Shown here: in pieces, positions 27,785 through 36,858 of the stretch | Position numbering within the stretch: position 1 is the stretch's first letter | How the letters are laid out: every line of letters begins with the position of its first letter | Program-made: the position numbers and the translations under genes | DNA from: a virus | Length of the DNA stretch: 64,000 nt | Strand: one strand, 5' to 3' | Virus record (IMG/VR): IMGVR_UViG_3300001199_000005 | Span: 32,001-96,000 of that record | The notes under the pieces: generated by a model | What the model was told of the DNA's origin: nothing | Seen by the model: the letters and a program-made list of their open reading frames with translations, nothing else | Database searches by the model: none

Positions 27785-28573
27785 TTAAGAGTTGAGAAAA
27801 TTATTTAATGATAAAACATGATTCTTCAGGTTATCAATCTTATTGTAGTTATTCAGGTATGCTTTGTTAAGCACTTCTTCTAACAAAATAATTGCGAACC
27901 TTATCTCAGTAAAGTGTTTTAAAATATACTTTACATTTCTGGATTGCAGGATAATATTATTTTTCCTCCAATGATGGTAGATGTCTTCTACCCCTTTGAT
28001 TGAATAGTGATTTAACACATCTTCAATTTTGTAATCTACGCCTTGATATTCTATCAAGTAAATATAAAAGTCTGGTCTAAGAACACTAAGCATCTTTCTT
28101 TCATGTGCGCCTGTAATTCTTATGTCGTCAAGAACAATTACTGTTCTTCCCCTTAATAAATTGGTATCAATGTATAGTTCATCATTCTTAATAAGCTCGG
28201 TTCTTTCATCTAAATCCATACTACAATAAGGCTCGTTATGCCTAATTATTCTATGTACTTTAGTTAGATGTATCCTTTGCTTATAGAAAGTAGCTAATCT
28301 TTGAACGATAAATTCAGATAACACAAAGATTGGATTTGCTAGATTATCAGAACTGCCAGCCACTATAACAATTTCTTCATCTGTGGTTATAATACTTATA
28401 ACATAATTAGCAAATTCTTCTGCGAGCTTTTTAGTAGCTGTTATTACTCCATACTTATATTGACTATAAAGAGTGAGAATTAATTCATCTACTTCTCTTA
28501 TGTCTTTAAAGTTATGAAGGGCTAAAGTGCTGGCATGTTCTTGTATGTGATTTCTGTAATCTTCTCTCCCCAT
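27785..28573 (-). CDS. Phosphoribosyltransferase-like protein
   Basis: PRPP-binding-type motif VIVLDDIRITGAHE; YSQYKYG. Confidence 0.72.
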   Translation of the reverse strand: MGREDYRNHIQEHASTLALHNFKDIREVDELILTLYSQYKYGVITATKKLAEEFANYVISIITTDEEIVIVAGSSDNLANPIFVLSEFIVQRLATFYKQRIHLTKVHRIIRHNEPYCSMDLDERTELIKNDELYIDTNLLRGRTVIVLDDIRITGAHERKMLSVLRPDFYIYLIEYQGVDYKIEDVLNHYSIKGVEDIYHHWRKNNIILQSRNVKYILKHFTEIRFAIILLEEVLNKAYLNNYNKIDNLKNHVLSLNNFLNS

Positions 28574-30972
28574 TCTTTTTCAAAGTAAGTCTTCAATTGT
28601 TCAGCTGTATCACAGTAGATTTTAATACTGTTATTCTGCAAGATAGCAAAACGTGCATTAAGCTCTATTCTGTATTGATGTGTTGAATCTTTGACTGTGA
28701 CATTTACATTCCACGGTGGATTAAGATTACTAAACTCTACCTTCATACTCTTCCCAAATTTCAATCTTAGCGCTAATCTTCTTCATGGTTAAGGTGATTA
28801 CATGTGATATACCTTCTTCTTCCAACAAATTCTGATATTGTTCAAGCAATTTACTATATTCAATATATTCATCCTCCGATTCTATTGGCAAAGATTTGGG
28901 TAAGCCAAAAGTTATCTTACATTTGTTTAAGTCATCTGTAAAATTTCTCAATAACTTTAGTTCAATACCAACTAGACGAAAATCAGAAAGAGTTAGTGTT
29001 CCATTATTGAATATATACCAACTTAATCCTTGCTCTGTATATGTTTCCGCAAAGACTATACATTCGTCAACAGTTAATATTTCTTGAACACCGTTGAAAT
29101 TGTCTCTGTATAACCACTCACCGTGGCTATTAAAGCCTACCGCTAAGGGTAGGCCTTTATATGGTTTTAACTTCATGGTTTTTCCGCGAGCATTGCTAAG
29201 AGTTCGCTAAAATCAAGGTCAATTTTGGGAATTTCTGGTCTGGTGTTAACTCCTACTTTAAAAAAGGTCAGAGCAATTTCTTTATCACCGTTTAAATGTG
29301 GTAATAACTTTTCAATTACTTCGCTATTTTTAACTTCATCATATACTACTAAAATTTCTGAGAGTTTTTCAAAAATCTCATCATTTCTTTCTTTGCTAAT
29401 ACCTAAAGCAGCATTTAAAGAATCTTTAGTGTGGTCAATAGGTGTCTCTGTTTGAACAACTCCAGGAATATTCAAACCTATTCCAACTGCTACTAATTTT
29501 TCAGCGTCTTCTAACGAGTCGCATTTGAATGTTATTCTGTGCATAATCTTTTTATATTGTAAACTTGTTTGTTGTACTAACATAGTTGGCAATGAGTTTA
29601 GCCAACGTTACAAACTTCTTGATTGAGAAGTCTTCCGAAGATACTGTATGAGTAACGACATTGTCTGCTAGCCTGCTGCTAGCAATTTTTACGCCTTTAC
29701 TTCTACAAAATTGGTCATTATCACTACATCTTGCAGCGCTAAAATTAATGGTTTTACCATCAACTGACTCTTTAGCCACAACTGTAGCTCTGTTTTTGAC
29801 CGTATGCGGGGAATGAAATATGTACATCATTAATAGATTTTTTTAAGTTCTCTGGACGCTTTGCAGATTGCTGCATCCGCTTTGATTTGAATTCTTCTGT
29901 TTATAATCCTTTGTACAAGATTAGCTAATGCTCGTAAGCATTTGACTTCTTCTTGTTCCGTCTTACAACTATTATAAGATTTCTTTAGTTGCTTCTTCTC
30001 TGCTAATAACTGAAGCAATTCGCTGTCGGTTACTTTCTCTGGTTTTGTTGTTGTGCTCATATTCCTTCAAATTTGATATTCTGATGTTTACAAAGCCTTC
30101 TAACAGCTTTCTCATACAAACCTACTCTATTTGGGCCACTGTAAGTATTCAGTATTTCCCAAATCTTATTCTCAAGAAACCACTTTGCGTAAGCTTCTGA
30201 AATAACTGTGACGGGTGCATTCAATTCAATCTCAAGGTTTGAACCTTTTACTTTAATTGAACTTGGACTACACCATTTCTTAAATTGTTCAGGCTTCCAC
30301 CCGACAATTATCCAAGAGTCTTCTATTATTTGCATATCTTGTTGTATAAATAAACGAATGTTTTAATTATAGTACACCTGTCCCGCTGAATCTGTTTTTT
30401 CTTTAAACAGCACTATACGTTCATAAAATTGTTGGTACGACTTTGATGTATCTATACTTTCTGATTTTGGAAAGTGGTTGAACGGGTCCATAAAGTCGTG
30501 TGCCCAATAACTTACTTTTTGTATTATTGGAGTTAAAGGTCTAACGTCGTAGTATCCTTTTATTTGCTTTTCAACTTTGGTTATATAATAAGTCTTATAA
30601 TAACATTCGTTAAGCTTAACAATTGTATATATTACTCTGTCTAAATTAATCCAACCAAGTATTTCTACTTCTTGGTCTATAGGTAGACTTATGAAACACA
30701 TTTGTTCTATTATGTGCTTCGACAGATTAATAACCTTTAATTCAACTTTTGCTTCCATTTTGATATGTTTAAAATGTTATAAGTTCTAAACGTACAGACC
30801 ACCAATAGACTTGGTAGAAAAAACTTGGGTAAAATATCCACCATACATGTGGTGATATTTTAACGGTGTACCACTGATATGGTAATGTCAATGCATTACC
30901 AAGCCATATGCTTACGGCAAACCACAAATTCAAAATCATAATTCCTGCTGTAAATACAAATACGTAGTTCAT
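28522..30972 (-). CDS. Run of small hypothetical proteins (28522-28764, 28730-29176, 29173-29592, 29552-29830, 29830-30060, 30057-30335, 30363-30758, 30769-30972)
   Basis: Abutting or overlapping same-strand ORFs; no recognisable motifs. Confidence 0.55.
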
Positions 30973-31069
30973 TGTCTTTCCTGTTTAAGGTTTTTAATTC
31001 TGAAGTTCTATTTAGTAATAAAAAAAAATAGTGAATACAAATACAAAAACTATGGTTCGATACCAAGGG

Positions 31070-31152
31070 TCCCGTTGAAGGGACTCGAACCCTCACGACT
31101 TTCGTCAAGGGTTTTTAAGACTCTCATGTGCTACCAATTTCATCACAACGAG
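31070..31152 (-). tRNA. tRNA-Leu(UAA)
   Basis: CTCGTTG/CAACGGG acceptor, loop CTTAAAA, long variable arm, GAGGG-TTCGAGT-CCCTT. Confidence 0.9.
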
Positions 31153-31158
31153 ATATTG

Positions 31159-31242
31159 TACCTTTAGAGAGATTCCAACTCTCAATTCCTCTCGGAAAAC
31201 GGGGTCTAAATCCGTTGCGTTTTGCAGTTTCGCCATAAAGGT
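31159..31242 (-). tRNA. tRNA-Leu(UAG)
   Basis: ACCTTTA/TAAAGGT acceptor, loop TTTAGAC, long variable arm, T loop TTGGAAT. Confidence 0.85.
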
Positions 31243-31245
31243 GTG

Positions 31246-31323
31246 TAGTGTCTTTGAGATTTAAACTCAATTTTATTTAGTAACTAAGAAATCAATAGTC
31301 AGTATAGTAAAGGTTGAACTTAC
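31246..31323 (-). pseudogene. Two tRNA 3'-half remnants (T arm + acceptor strand)
   Basis: GTAAG-TTCAACC-TTTAC and TTGAG-TTTAAAT-CTCAA without D or anticodon arms, next to the HNH gene. Confidence 0.4.
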
Positions 31324-31334
31324 ATGCTATATTT

Positions 31335-31985
31335 TTAAAATTTTGATTTTATCCATTTCCTAATAGCATTGTCTGATACTCCATATTTTCTGCCAGTTCC
31401 ACAATATCCTAAATGTGATACATCATCCAATAATATTTCTAAAGCAGGTCTAATTGTTTTTCTACTAGATATTAAATAACTTTTTCTTAGTTCGGTGAGT
31501 TCTTTTGTAGTTTTCTTTTTAGCTTTTTCTTTTCTATTATTTTCCCTATCTTTTTTTGTTTTCAGCGAATGACAGTTTGGACAAAGTATTTGTAAATTTT
31601 TAAGGGAATTATCTAAATGGTTAGAATTTATATGGTCTAATTCTAATGGTATTTTTTCACTACACCATGTACTTAGTCCACAAAGTTCACATTCATCTTT
31701 TTTATAACCCTCGTTAATTAATCTTTTTCTTAACCCGCTACTAGCAATACCCCTTTTTCCAGATAAATAATCATCAATTGGGTATTTAAGTCCTTTAGGT
31801 TTTGAATTAAATGGTTTGCTACCAGTAAAATGTGTGTTGTCTATATTAAAAAACATACTTACTTTTTTAATATGTGATTGTGAACCGCCTCTTGTAGATA
31901 GATTTAATTTTCTACACACCTCAGACCAGTTATAACTACTTTTTACGATTAATTCGAGTTCTTCTTTTTTGTATTTAGTTTTCAT
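31335..31985 (-). CDS. HNH homing endonuclease inside the tRNA cluster
   Basis: CELCG...LELDHINSNHLDNSLKNLQILCPNCH. Confidence 0.88.
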   Translation of the reverse strand: MKTKYKKEELELIVKSSYNWSEVCRKLNLSTRGGSQSHIKKVSMFFNIDNTHFTGSKPFNSKPKGLKYPIDDYLSGKRGIASSGLRKRLINEGYKKDECELCGLSTWCSEKIPLELDHINSNHLDNSLKNLQILCPNCHSLKTKKDRENNRKEKAKKKTTKELTELRKSYLISSRKTIRPALEILLDDVSHLGYCGTGRKYGVSDNAIRKWIKSKF

Positions 31986-31997
31986 TGTAATTTTTAG

Positions 31998-32069
31998 TAG
32001 CGTATGAGAATTTCGAAATCTCGTCCTCCTGGCCCCAAACCAGGTAATCTTCCTCTGATATAATACGCT
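31998..32069 (-). tRNA. tRNA-Pro(UGG)
   Basis: AGCGTAT/ATACGCT; CCTGG-TTTGGGG-CCAGG; T loop TTCGAAA. Confidence 0.85.
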
Positions 32070-32079
32070 ATATCTTGTG

Positions 32080-32151
32080 TGTGCCTAATCAGGGATGAAC
32101 TGACAACTACCTGTTCCACAAACAGGGGCTTTACATTAAGCTATAGACACC
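32080..32151 (-). tRNA. tRNA-His(GUG)
   Basis: G-1 + GTGTCTA/TAGGCAC; CCTGT-TTGTGGA-ACAGG. Confidence 0.85.
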
Positions 32152-32169
32152 ATATAACAAAAACTATTG

Positions 32170-32242
32170 CGTTCAAGGTGGGTATCGAGCCCACTATCCT
32201 TAGTTTAACAAACTACCGCTGTACCATACTAGCTTCTCGAAC
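32170..32242 (-). tRNA. tRNA-Asn(GUU)
   Basis: GTTCGAG/CTTGAAC + G73; loop TTGTTAA. Confidence 0.85.
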
Positions 32243-32250
32243 AGGCATAT

Positions 32251-32287
32251 AAACAAACAGCCCAACCTAGTTAAAGATTGGGCTGTT
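32251..32287 (-). terminator. Attenuator terminator upstream of the Asn/His/Pro/Leu tRNAs
   Basis: AACAGCCCAATCT/AGGTTGGGCTGTT stem + TGTTT. Confidence 0.75.
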
Positions 32288-32312
32288 ATGAATTACTAAT
32301 ACAATTGCAATA

Positions 32313-32378
32313 TCATCCCACCCAATCTGATTGGTTATTAAGATGTTGCGGTTGTAAGAGAGAATTTATAAATTGCAT
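32313..32378 (-). CDS. Putative attenuator leader peptide MQFINSLLQPQHLNNQSDWVG
   Basis: 21-codon ORF rich in Gln/Asn/Leu with Pro and His; its 3' end is complementary to the terminator 5' arm. Confidence 0.72.
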   Translation of the reverse strand: MQFINSLLQPQHLNNQSDWVG

Positions 32379-32393
32379 TTGTTTTTGTTTAGT

Positions 32394-33086
32394 TTATTTG
32401 GTTGCAGGGGTTGGATTTGAACCAACGTATCCTTTTGGGATAGCCAGCTTATGAGACTGGTGAACTAGGCCTCTATTCGACCCTGCTATATTTACAGATA
32501 TTAATTTATTATCGTATTCCCAGTGATGATTAGGACAAAGAGCTATCAAATTATCAATATGATTAATAACACTTATTAAGGTATCATTTGAAAACTCAGA
32601 TACTGCTTTTATATGAGCAATCTCAACGTGCTTATCGTATCCACAGATGTTACATTTCTTTTCTTTTAAAGATTCTTCAAAATTTAAACAAGCATCTTTT
32701 CTTATCATAGTTCTAGCTGTTTGCCAATTTTTAGAATTTTCAAATTGAAATCCCTTTGTTCTATCCCCTACAACTCTTTTTATCTTTTTGCATTTTTTAT
32801 TGCAAAACAAACTTGCGGTTGACTCAAAAACTGTACTACAATTTTTACATTGCTTTGGTTTCGATTTCCTTTTTGGACTGTTTTTATTATTAAGTTTAGC
32901 GGCGCAAGAACGAGAACAAAATTTATTAATTCTATTTTTGTAATCTATTTTCTTATTACATAACTCACATCTTTTTGGATTATTGTTGTATTTTGTTTCA
33001 TTCTCTATAAGTTTGTGCTTATTTTGACATGATACATCACAGAATTTATTTTTAACTTCCTTCTTACAACAAAGACATTTATTCAC
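32394..33086 (-). CDS. HNH homing endonuclease with Cys-rich repeats; ORF runs through the tRNA(CAU)
   Basis: CNICG...EIAHI...NLIALCPNHH. Confidence 0.85.
   Translation of the reverse strand: MNKCLCCKKEVKNKFCDVSCQNKHKLIENETKYNNNPKRCELCNKKIDYKNRINKFCSRSCAAKLNNKNSPKRKSKPKQCKNCSTVFESTASLFCNKKCKKIKRVVGDRTKGFQFENSKNWQTARTMIRKDACLNFEESLKEKKCNICGYDKHVEIAHIKAVSEFSNDTLISVINHIDNLIALCPNHHWEYDNKLISVNIAGSNRGLVHQSHKLAIPKGYVGSNPTPATK
32399..32487 (-). tRNA. tRNA with CAU anticodon (Met/fMet or Ile2), unusual long variable arm
   Basis: A1:A72 mismatch, CCAGT-CTCATAA-GCTGG, variable stem TATCC-CAAAA-GGATA, encoded CCA. Confidence 0.8.
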
Positions 33087-33156
33087 AGCTAGTATATTAT
33101 GCCGTAAATTTAATACATAAAAATTTAACTTCCAAATATGAAATATTTGTAATTAG

Positions 33157-33227
33157 CACACCGTAGAAGAATCGAACTCCTATCGTTAAGGTTGGAACTT
33201 AACATGCTACCATTGCAACAACAGTGT
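33157..33227 (-). tRNA. tRNA-Trp(CCA)
   Basis: ACACTGT/ACGGTGT + G73; TTAAG-TTCCAAC-CTTAA. Confidence 0.8.
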
Positions 33228-33232
33228 ATTTG

Positions 33233-33322
33233 TGGGTGTAGAAGGAATCAAACCTCCGACGATTCTTTACGAATTTTGAATTTACAGTCCAATGCAGCCT
33301 AATCAACAGCTGTCGTACACCC
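33233..33322 (-). tRNA. tRNA-Tyr(GUA)
   Basis: GGGTGTA/TACACCC + A; loop CTGTAAA; long variable arm. Confidence 0.85.
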
Positions 33323-33329
33323 GTGTTAG

Positions 33330-33417
33330 TAGAGGGTAGGAGATTCCAACTCCTGATACGCTATTAACGTATTGCTTATTTTCAAGATAAGTTCTTCGTG
33401 ACATCCAGACACCCTCT
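33330..33417 (-). tRNA. tRNA-Ser(UGA)
   Basis: AGAGGGT/ACCCTCT; CTTAT-CTTGAAA-ATAAG; long variable arm. Confidence 0.82.
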
Positions 33418-33421
33418 ATTT

Positions 33422-33509
33422 TGGCGGAGAAAGTAGCATTCGAAACTAATTCCTTTCAGAACACATTGTTTAGCAAACGAGTTTAAGCAACCTGCCTAAT
33501 TCATTCTCC
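33422..33509 (-). tRNA. tRNA-Ser(GCU)
   Basis: GGAGAA/TTCTCC + GCCA; loop TTGCTAA; long variable arm; weak anticodon stem. Confidence 0.75.
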
Positions 33510-33513
33510 TTAT

Positions 33514-33551
33514 AAAACAAAAACACCTTCCTATTTACATAAGAAGGTGTT
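33514..33551 (-). terminator. Attenuator terminator upstream of the Ser/Ser/Tyr/Trp tRNAs
   Basis: AACACCTTCTTAT-GTAA-ATAGGAAGGTGTT + TTTGTTTT. Confidence 0.8.
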
Positions 33552-33572
33552 AGATTTTGTTTATACAATATT

Positions 33573-33632
33573 CTAGCAACCTTCTCGAAGAAAGTACCAC
33601 GAACTAGAATAAGTATAAGTAGTTGTTTTCAT
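33573..33632 (-). CDS. Putative attenuator leader peptide MKTTTYTYSSSWYFLREGC
   Basis: 19-codon ORF with a run of Thr/Tyr/Ser/Trp codons; its AGAAGGT is complementary to terminator ACCTTCT. Confidence 0.75.
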   Translation of the reverse strand: MKTTTYTYSSSWYFLREGC

Positions 33633-33650
33633 TTTAGCTTAATTTATTTG

Positions 33651-33682
33651 CAAATATAATTTGCTTAAGCTATACTTCCAAA
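33651..33682 (-). promoter_or_regulatory. Bacteroidota consensus promoter for the leader/tRNA operon
   Basis: TTTG-N20-TATATTTG, 18 bp upstream of the leader ATG. Confidence 0.75.
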
Positions 33683-33684
33683 AG

Positions 33685-33921
33685 TTACCACATTTTTCTT
33701 GAACCACCACCACGACATTCGTGGTCGTTCCAAGCTCTTTTGAATGTGGCCCCTGGTTCCAGGATACGTGTTTGTTCATGCGGGCCAGCATGTGTACAGG
33801 CATCTCCCATTCTTCTTTCTGCACGTCTATGTTTACGTGACTTTAAGAATGGAGACGAAATGCTTACTCCACGATTAATTCTTCTTTGACTCCTTTTCGA
33901 GTCTGGACTTGGATTTTTCAT
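33685..33921 (-). CDS. Small basic hypothetical protein
   Basis: Arg-rich ORF; internal ATG chosen. Confidence 0.45.
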   Translation of the reverse strand: MKNPSPDSKRSQRRINRGVSISSPFLKSRKHRRAERRMGDACTHAGPHEQTRILEPGATFKRAWNDHECRGGGSRKMW

Positions 33922-34254
33922 ATTGCGAGATTTGTTTAATGATTTCTGACATTTCAATTAAGTGCTTAACCTTCTCATCGTTAGTCCTACACATCTTATA
34001 GGTATCGAAATACCTTTTTTCTTCCTTCTTCAGTTGTTGTATATCCATATTTTAGTTTATGGTTTTACTTTTTTGAAAATTTAGCACCCTCTTCTTTTAG
34101 TGTAAGTAGGGTCATGTAAGGTACGACTAAAGAGCTTTTAGGTTTTTAAACCAATTTGTCCTGTCCTTCGTCTTGTGATTATCAGGCTTCACTTCCTTAC
34201 GTTCTGCTGAGAACTCATTAGTATTGTAGCTGCAAAGTTAAGCTCTTTATTTGG

Positions 34255-34690
34255 TCCGCATTCCTTTCTCAAGGGAACAACACTTCTATCATTACTGAAT
34301 ATTCTTTACCTGCTTTACCTAAACGGTTGTTTATACAAAAGGTTCTGTACTAACTTCTTCACACTTACGCTTTTAACGCTTAATGCTTATAGCTTTCCTC
34401 CAAGCCAGTTCTCCTTAATCCTAGGAAGGTGGTCTGTCGATGGTCAGCACTATCAAGTCTAGGCTAATTACTCCTAGTTTGGTATAGAATATGCCCTGTC
34501 AATTCAAAGCTAGTATTTTTATACCTGTCAAGAGGCGGCCATCTGTAAGGATGTTCCTTTGATAAGTATGGGAATCAATGTTTAACCCAAGGTCTTTATT
34601 TATATTTGCAGTTTTCTATCCAGGTCCTAACTGGGTCAGTGTTGGAATATTTTCACAGCTTGCAGCTATGATAGGGATTGACAATAGAAA
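34255..34690 (-). ncRNA. Candidate large structured ncRNA (~430 nt)
   Basis: ORF-free; nested long-range helices CTATCATAGCTG/CAGTAATGATAG and AATATTC/GAATATT; 3' hairpin TCC-CTTGAGAAA-GGA. Confidence 0.55.
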
Positions 34691-34701
34691 TAGGATACGT
34701 T

Positions 34702-36185
34702 TCATAGATTTATTTTTTTAAGTTTAATGACGGAATCTTTTTTAAACAGAATTTGAAATTCTGTTTCTATGTAGTCTGTTGCTTCAAGCTCGTAAGCAGT
34801 GAAGCCTATTTTCTCGAACTCCTTTATGTCTTCTTTGGAAAAGGCCATAAGGAGTTGGTCTAAAGATTTGTAAGCAAAGTAATATGGTCTGATTTCTTTA
34901 TAACTCATTTCACGTATCTTGGGGTCTTCAAACCTATTTGGAAATGCAGGGCTTGAATGCCTATATCTAATAGAAGCTTGATTTGGGTGCGTACTCAATA
35001 TATCAACACCGTCTACTACAGAGTTAAATGGACCTATTCCTGTCTGATTGTGCTCTATTCTGTATGCAGTAATTGGACTAGATATTAACCGCAGCGTTAT
35101 AGAATTAATTTTTGCATGAACAAATCGGAACATTTCCTGCCAGCGTATTAACTGTTCCATGATAGAATTACTTTTGGGTCTATATTTAACTTTAAATAAA
35201 GCTTCTTCGCAAGTTCAATGTTAAGCTTGCGTTTACCTTTCAGGAATTTACAATGATTGACAACTAATCCTGTAATAGGACAAGTCAATCTGTTAGTGTT
35301 GATTAGGCCAATCCAATGATGCTTACGAAGAGATATTTTTTCCATTGTTTTACACTCTTCGATGAACTCTAGCAGAGTCAGGAATTCTAGTGGGACGTAG
35401 TTACCCATCTAATTTAACCGGCTCAACCTTTTTGACTAAGGATTCAAAATAAATCTCTAAAAGGTCTTCGGTGGATACACCGGCACATTCACCAGCAAAG
35501 TCAAACCATTCGTCTTGGTTAAACTTATTCTGGTAATACTTTCCTGTGGTCCATTGCATGAACGCACTAATTTCTTTCCTGCTCATTTATTGTGATTATT
35601 ATGTTGTTATCATCTTTACAATCTACTGTAAAATATTTATTGTCGGATATAAATACGTCGTATATTAAATCATATTTATCTTCACCCCATTTTGAAAATA
35701 GAATTCTATACCCATCTTCAAAAGTTTTAAGGTTAATGCTATTAATAACACGCATCTTATCTACACCTAAATACATTACAGGCGGTTTACCATGCTCAGA
35801 TAGTCCCCAAGAACATTCTTTATTATCTTTTCTAAAGACGTAGTCAATTGGGTTATAGCTGCTTAGAAATATGCTTTCATAATCCTCTATTTCCTTTTTA
35901 CCACAGTGCTCTAAACAGGTTCTCTTGAACCCTTTGTCTACTAGATACTGTTGAAATCCGGGCAGTTTAGTTGTTTCCATTAATTTGTTTTATATTTGAA
36001 TTGCTTGGGTTGGTAACAACATCATCACTGTTACCTACATATACTAGTCTGCTATCGGAATCAGACGGCTCTTCGTCTAAAGGGACCATTTCGGTGTACT
36101 CAATACCATTAATGAAGTGGGGTGCTATTCCTAAGTGCGTCAAGATTCCCTTCTGGTTAACTGAGTGATAAAATTTTTTTAACAT
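34702..36185 (-). CDS. Run of small hypothetical proteins (34702-35160, 35148-35408, 35401-35586, 35567-35980, 35967-36185)
   Basis: Overlapping same-strand ORFs; 35148-35408 ends in a HigA-like HTH fragment KGKRKLNIELAKKLYLKLNIDP. Confidence 0.55.
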
Positions 36186-36552
36186 GTGGTATGGTAATAT
36201 GCTGATAATCTACACAAACAATTTTATTCTTCTTAATACCCAGGTTGCGGTCATGGCAATCTGGAACAATACTTAAGTTATAAAATTCTTGCAGTTGGTT
36301 AACTGTACAAACACCGACTTTTGGTATATACTCTGATACTAGTATCCTATCATTAAATAGACTTAAATATGGTTTAGCAAACCAACCAAGATACTGCGGA
36401 ACATCTCTCTGTACTCTTCTGTAGTTAAGAAGTTCTGCTCTATTGTTAGCACCATCATAGAATTTGTCTATTTTAATGACAAACAATTTACAGACAATGA
36501 CATCTCTATATGAGCCGCTTTTGCAAAGCAGCAACTTTAGTAGTTTAATCAT
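36157..36552 (-). CDS. Minimal protein-kinase-like protein
   Basis: VIKI, NRAEL, DCHDRNLG, VCVDY. Confidence 0.55.
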   Translation of the reverse strand: MIKLLKLLLCKSGSYRDVIVCKLFVIKIDKFYDGANNRAELLNYRRVQRDVPQYLGWFAKPYLSLFNDRILVSEYIPKVGVCTVNQLQEFYNLSIVPDCHDRNLGIKKNKIVCVDYQHITIPHVKKILSLS

Positions 36553-36849
36553 TTAGTAGTCTATTATGTCTTCGTGACTTCCGATGATACCGCCACAATC
36601 ATGTAAGAATAATGCAAAATCATGTGTGCCAAAGCGCACATCGTCTTGAAAGACGAGGACAATTTTGTTATCCAGGATTTGCATTATCTCCGTATTATCG
36701 GTGATATAATCGTAGACTTGTCTAGGGACTTTTAATCCCCGTATGCGTGCTGTTTCATATGGGTAGTACCCAATAAGGGTAAAACCGTCTAGTTTGATGG
36801 GAGTTTCGAGCTCTCTAAAGCTCTTGGCTCTTTTTGTTTTCTCTGCCAT
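36553..36849 (-). CDS. Hypothetical protein
   Basis: 98 aa. Confidence 0.55.
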   Translation of the reverse strand: MAEKTKRAKSFRELETPIKLDGFTLIGYYPYETARIRGLKVPRQVYDYITDNTEIMQILDNKIVLVFQDDVRFGTHDFALFLHDCGGIIGSHEDIIDY

Positions 36850-36858
36850 ATTAATTTT

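Noticed and set aside
30896-31108. 70-aa ORF
   Set aside because: It starts inside tRNA-Leu and overlaps the next gene.
32349-32358. CTTACAAC in leader peptide 1 as a ninth array unit
   Set aside because: There is no closing inverted 8-mer; it is explained by Leu-Gln-Pro codons.
34128-34249. Hammerhead-like motifs (CTAATGAG...GTAA; CTGATAA...CGAA) inside a 10-bp closing stem
   Set aside because: Neither matches the required CUGANGA + GAAA core and I could not build stems I and III; the segment also contains a TAACTTTG promoter-like motif. It may still be structured RNA.
35148-35408. Functional HigA antitoxin
   Set aside because: Only the C-terminal part of the HTH is recognisable, fused to unrelated sequence; probably a chimeric remnant.
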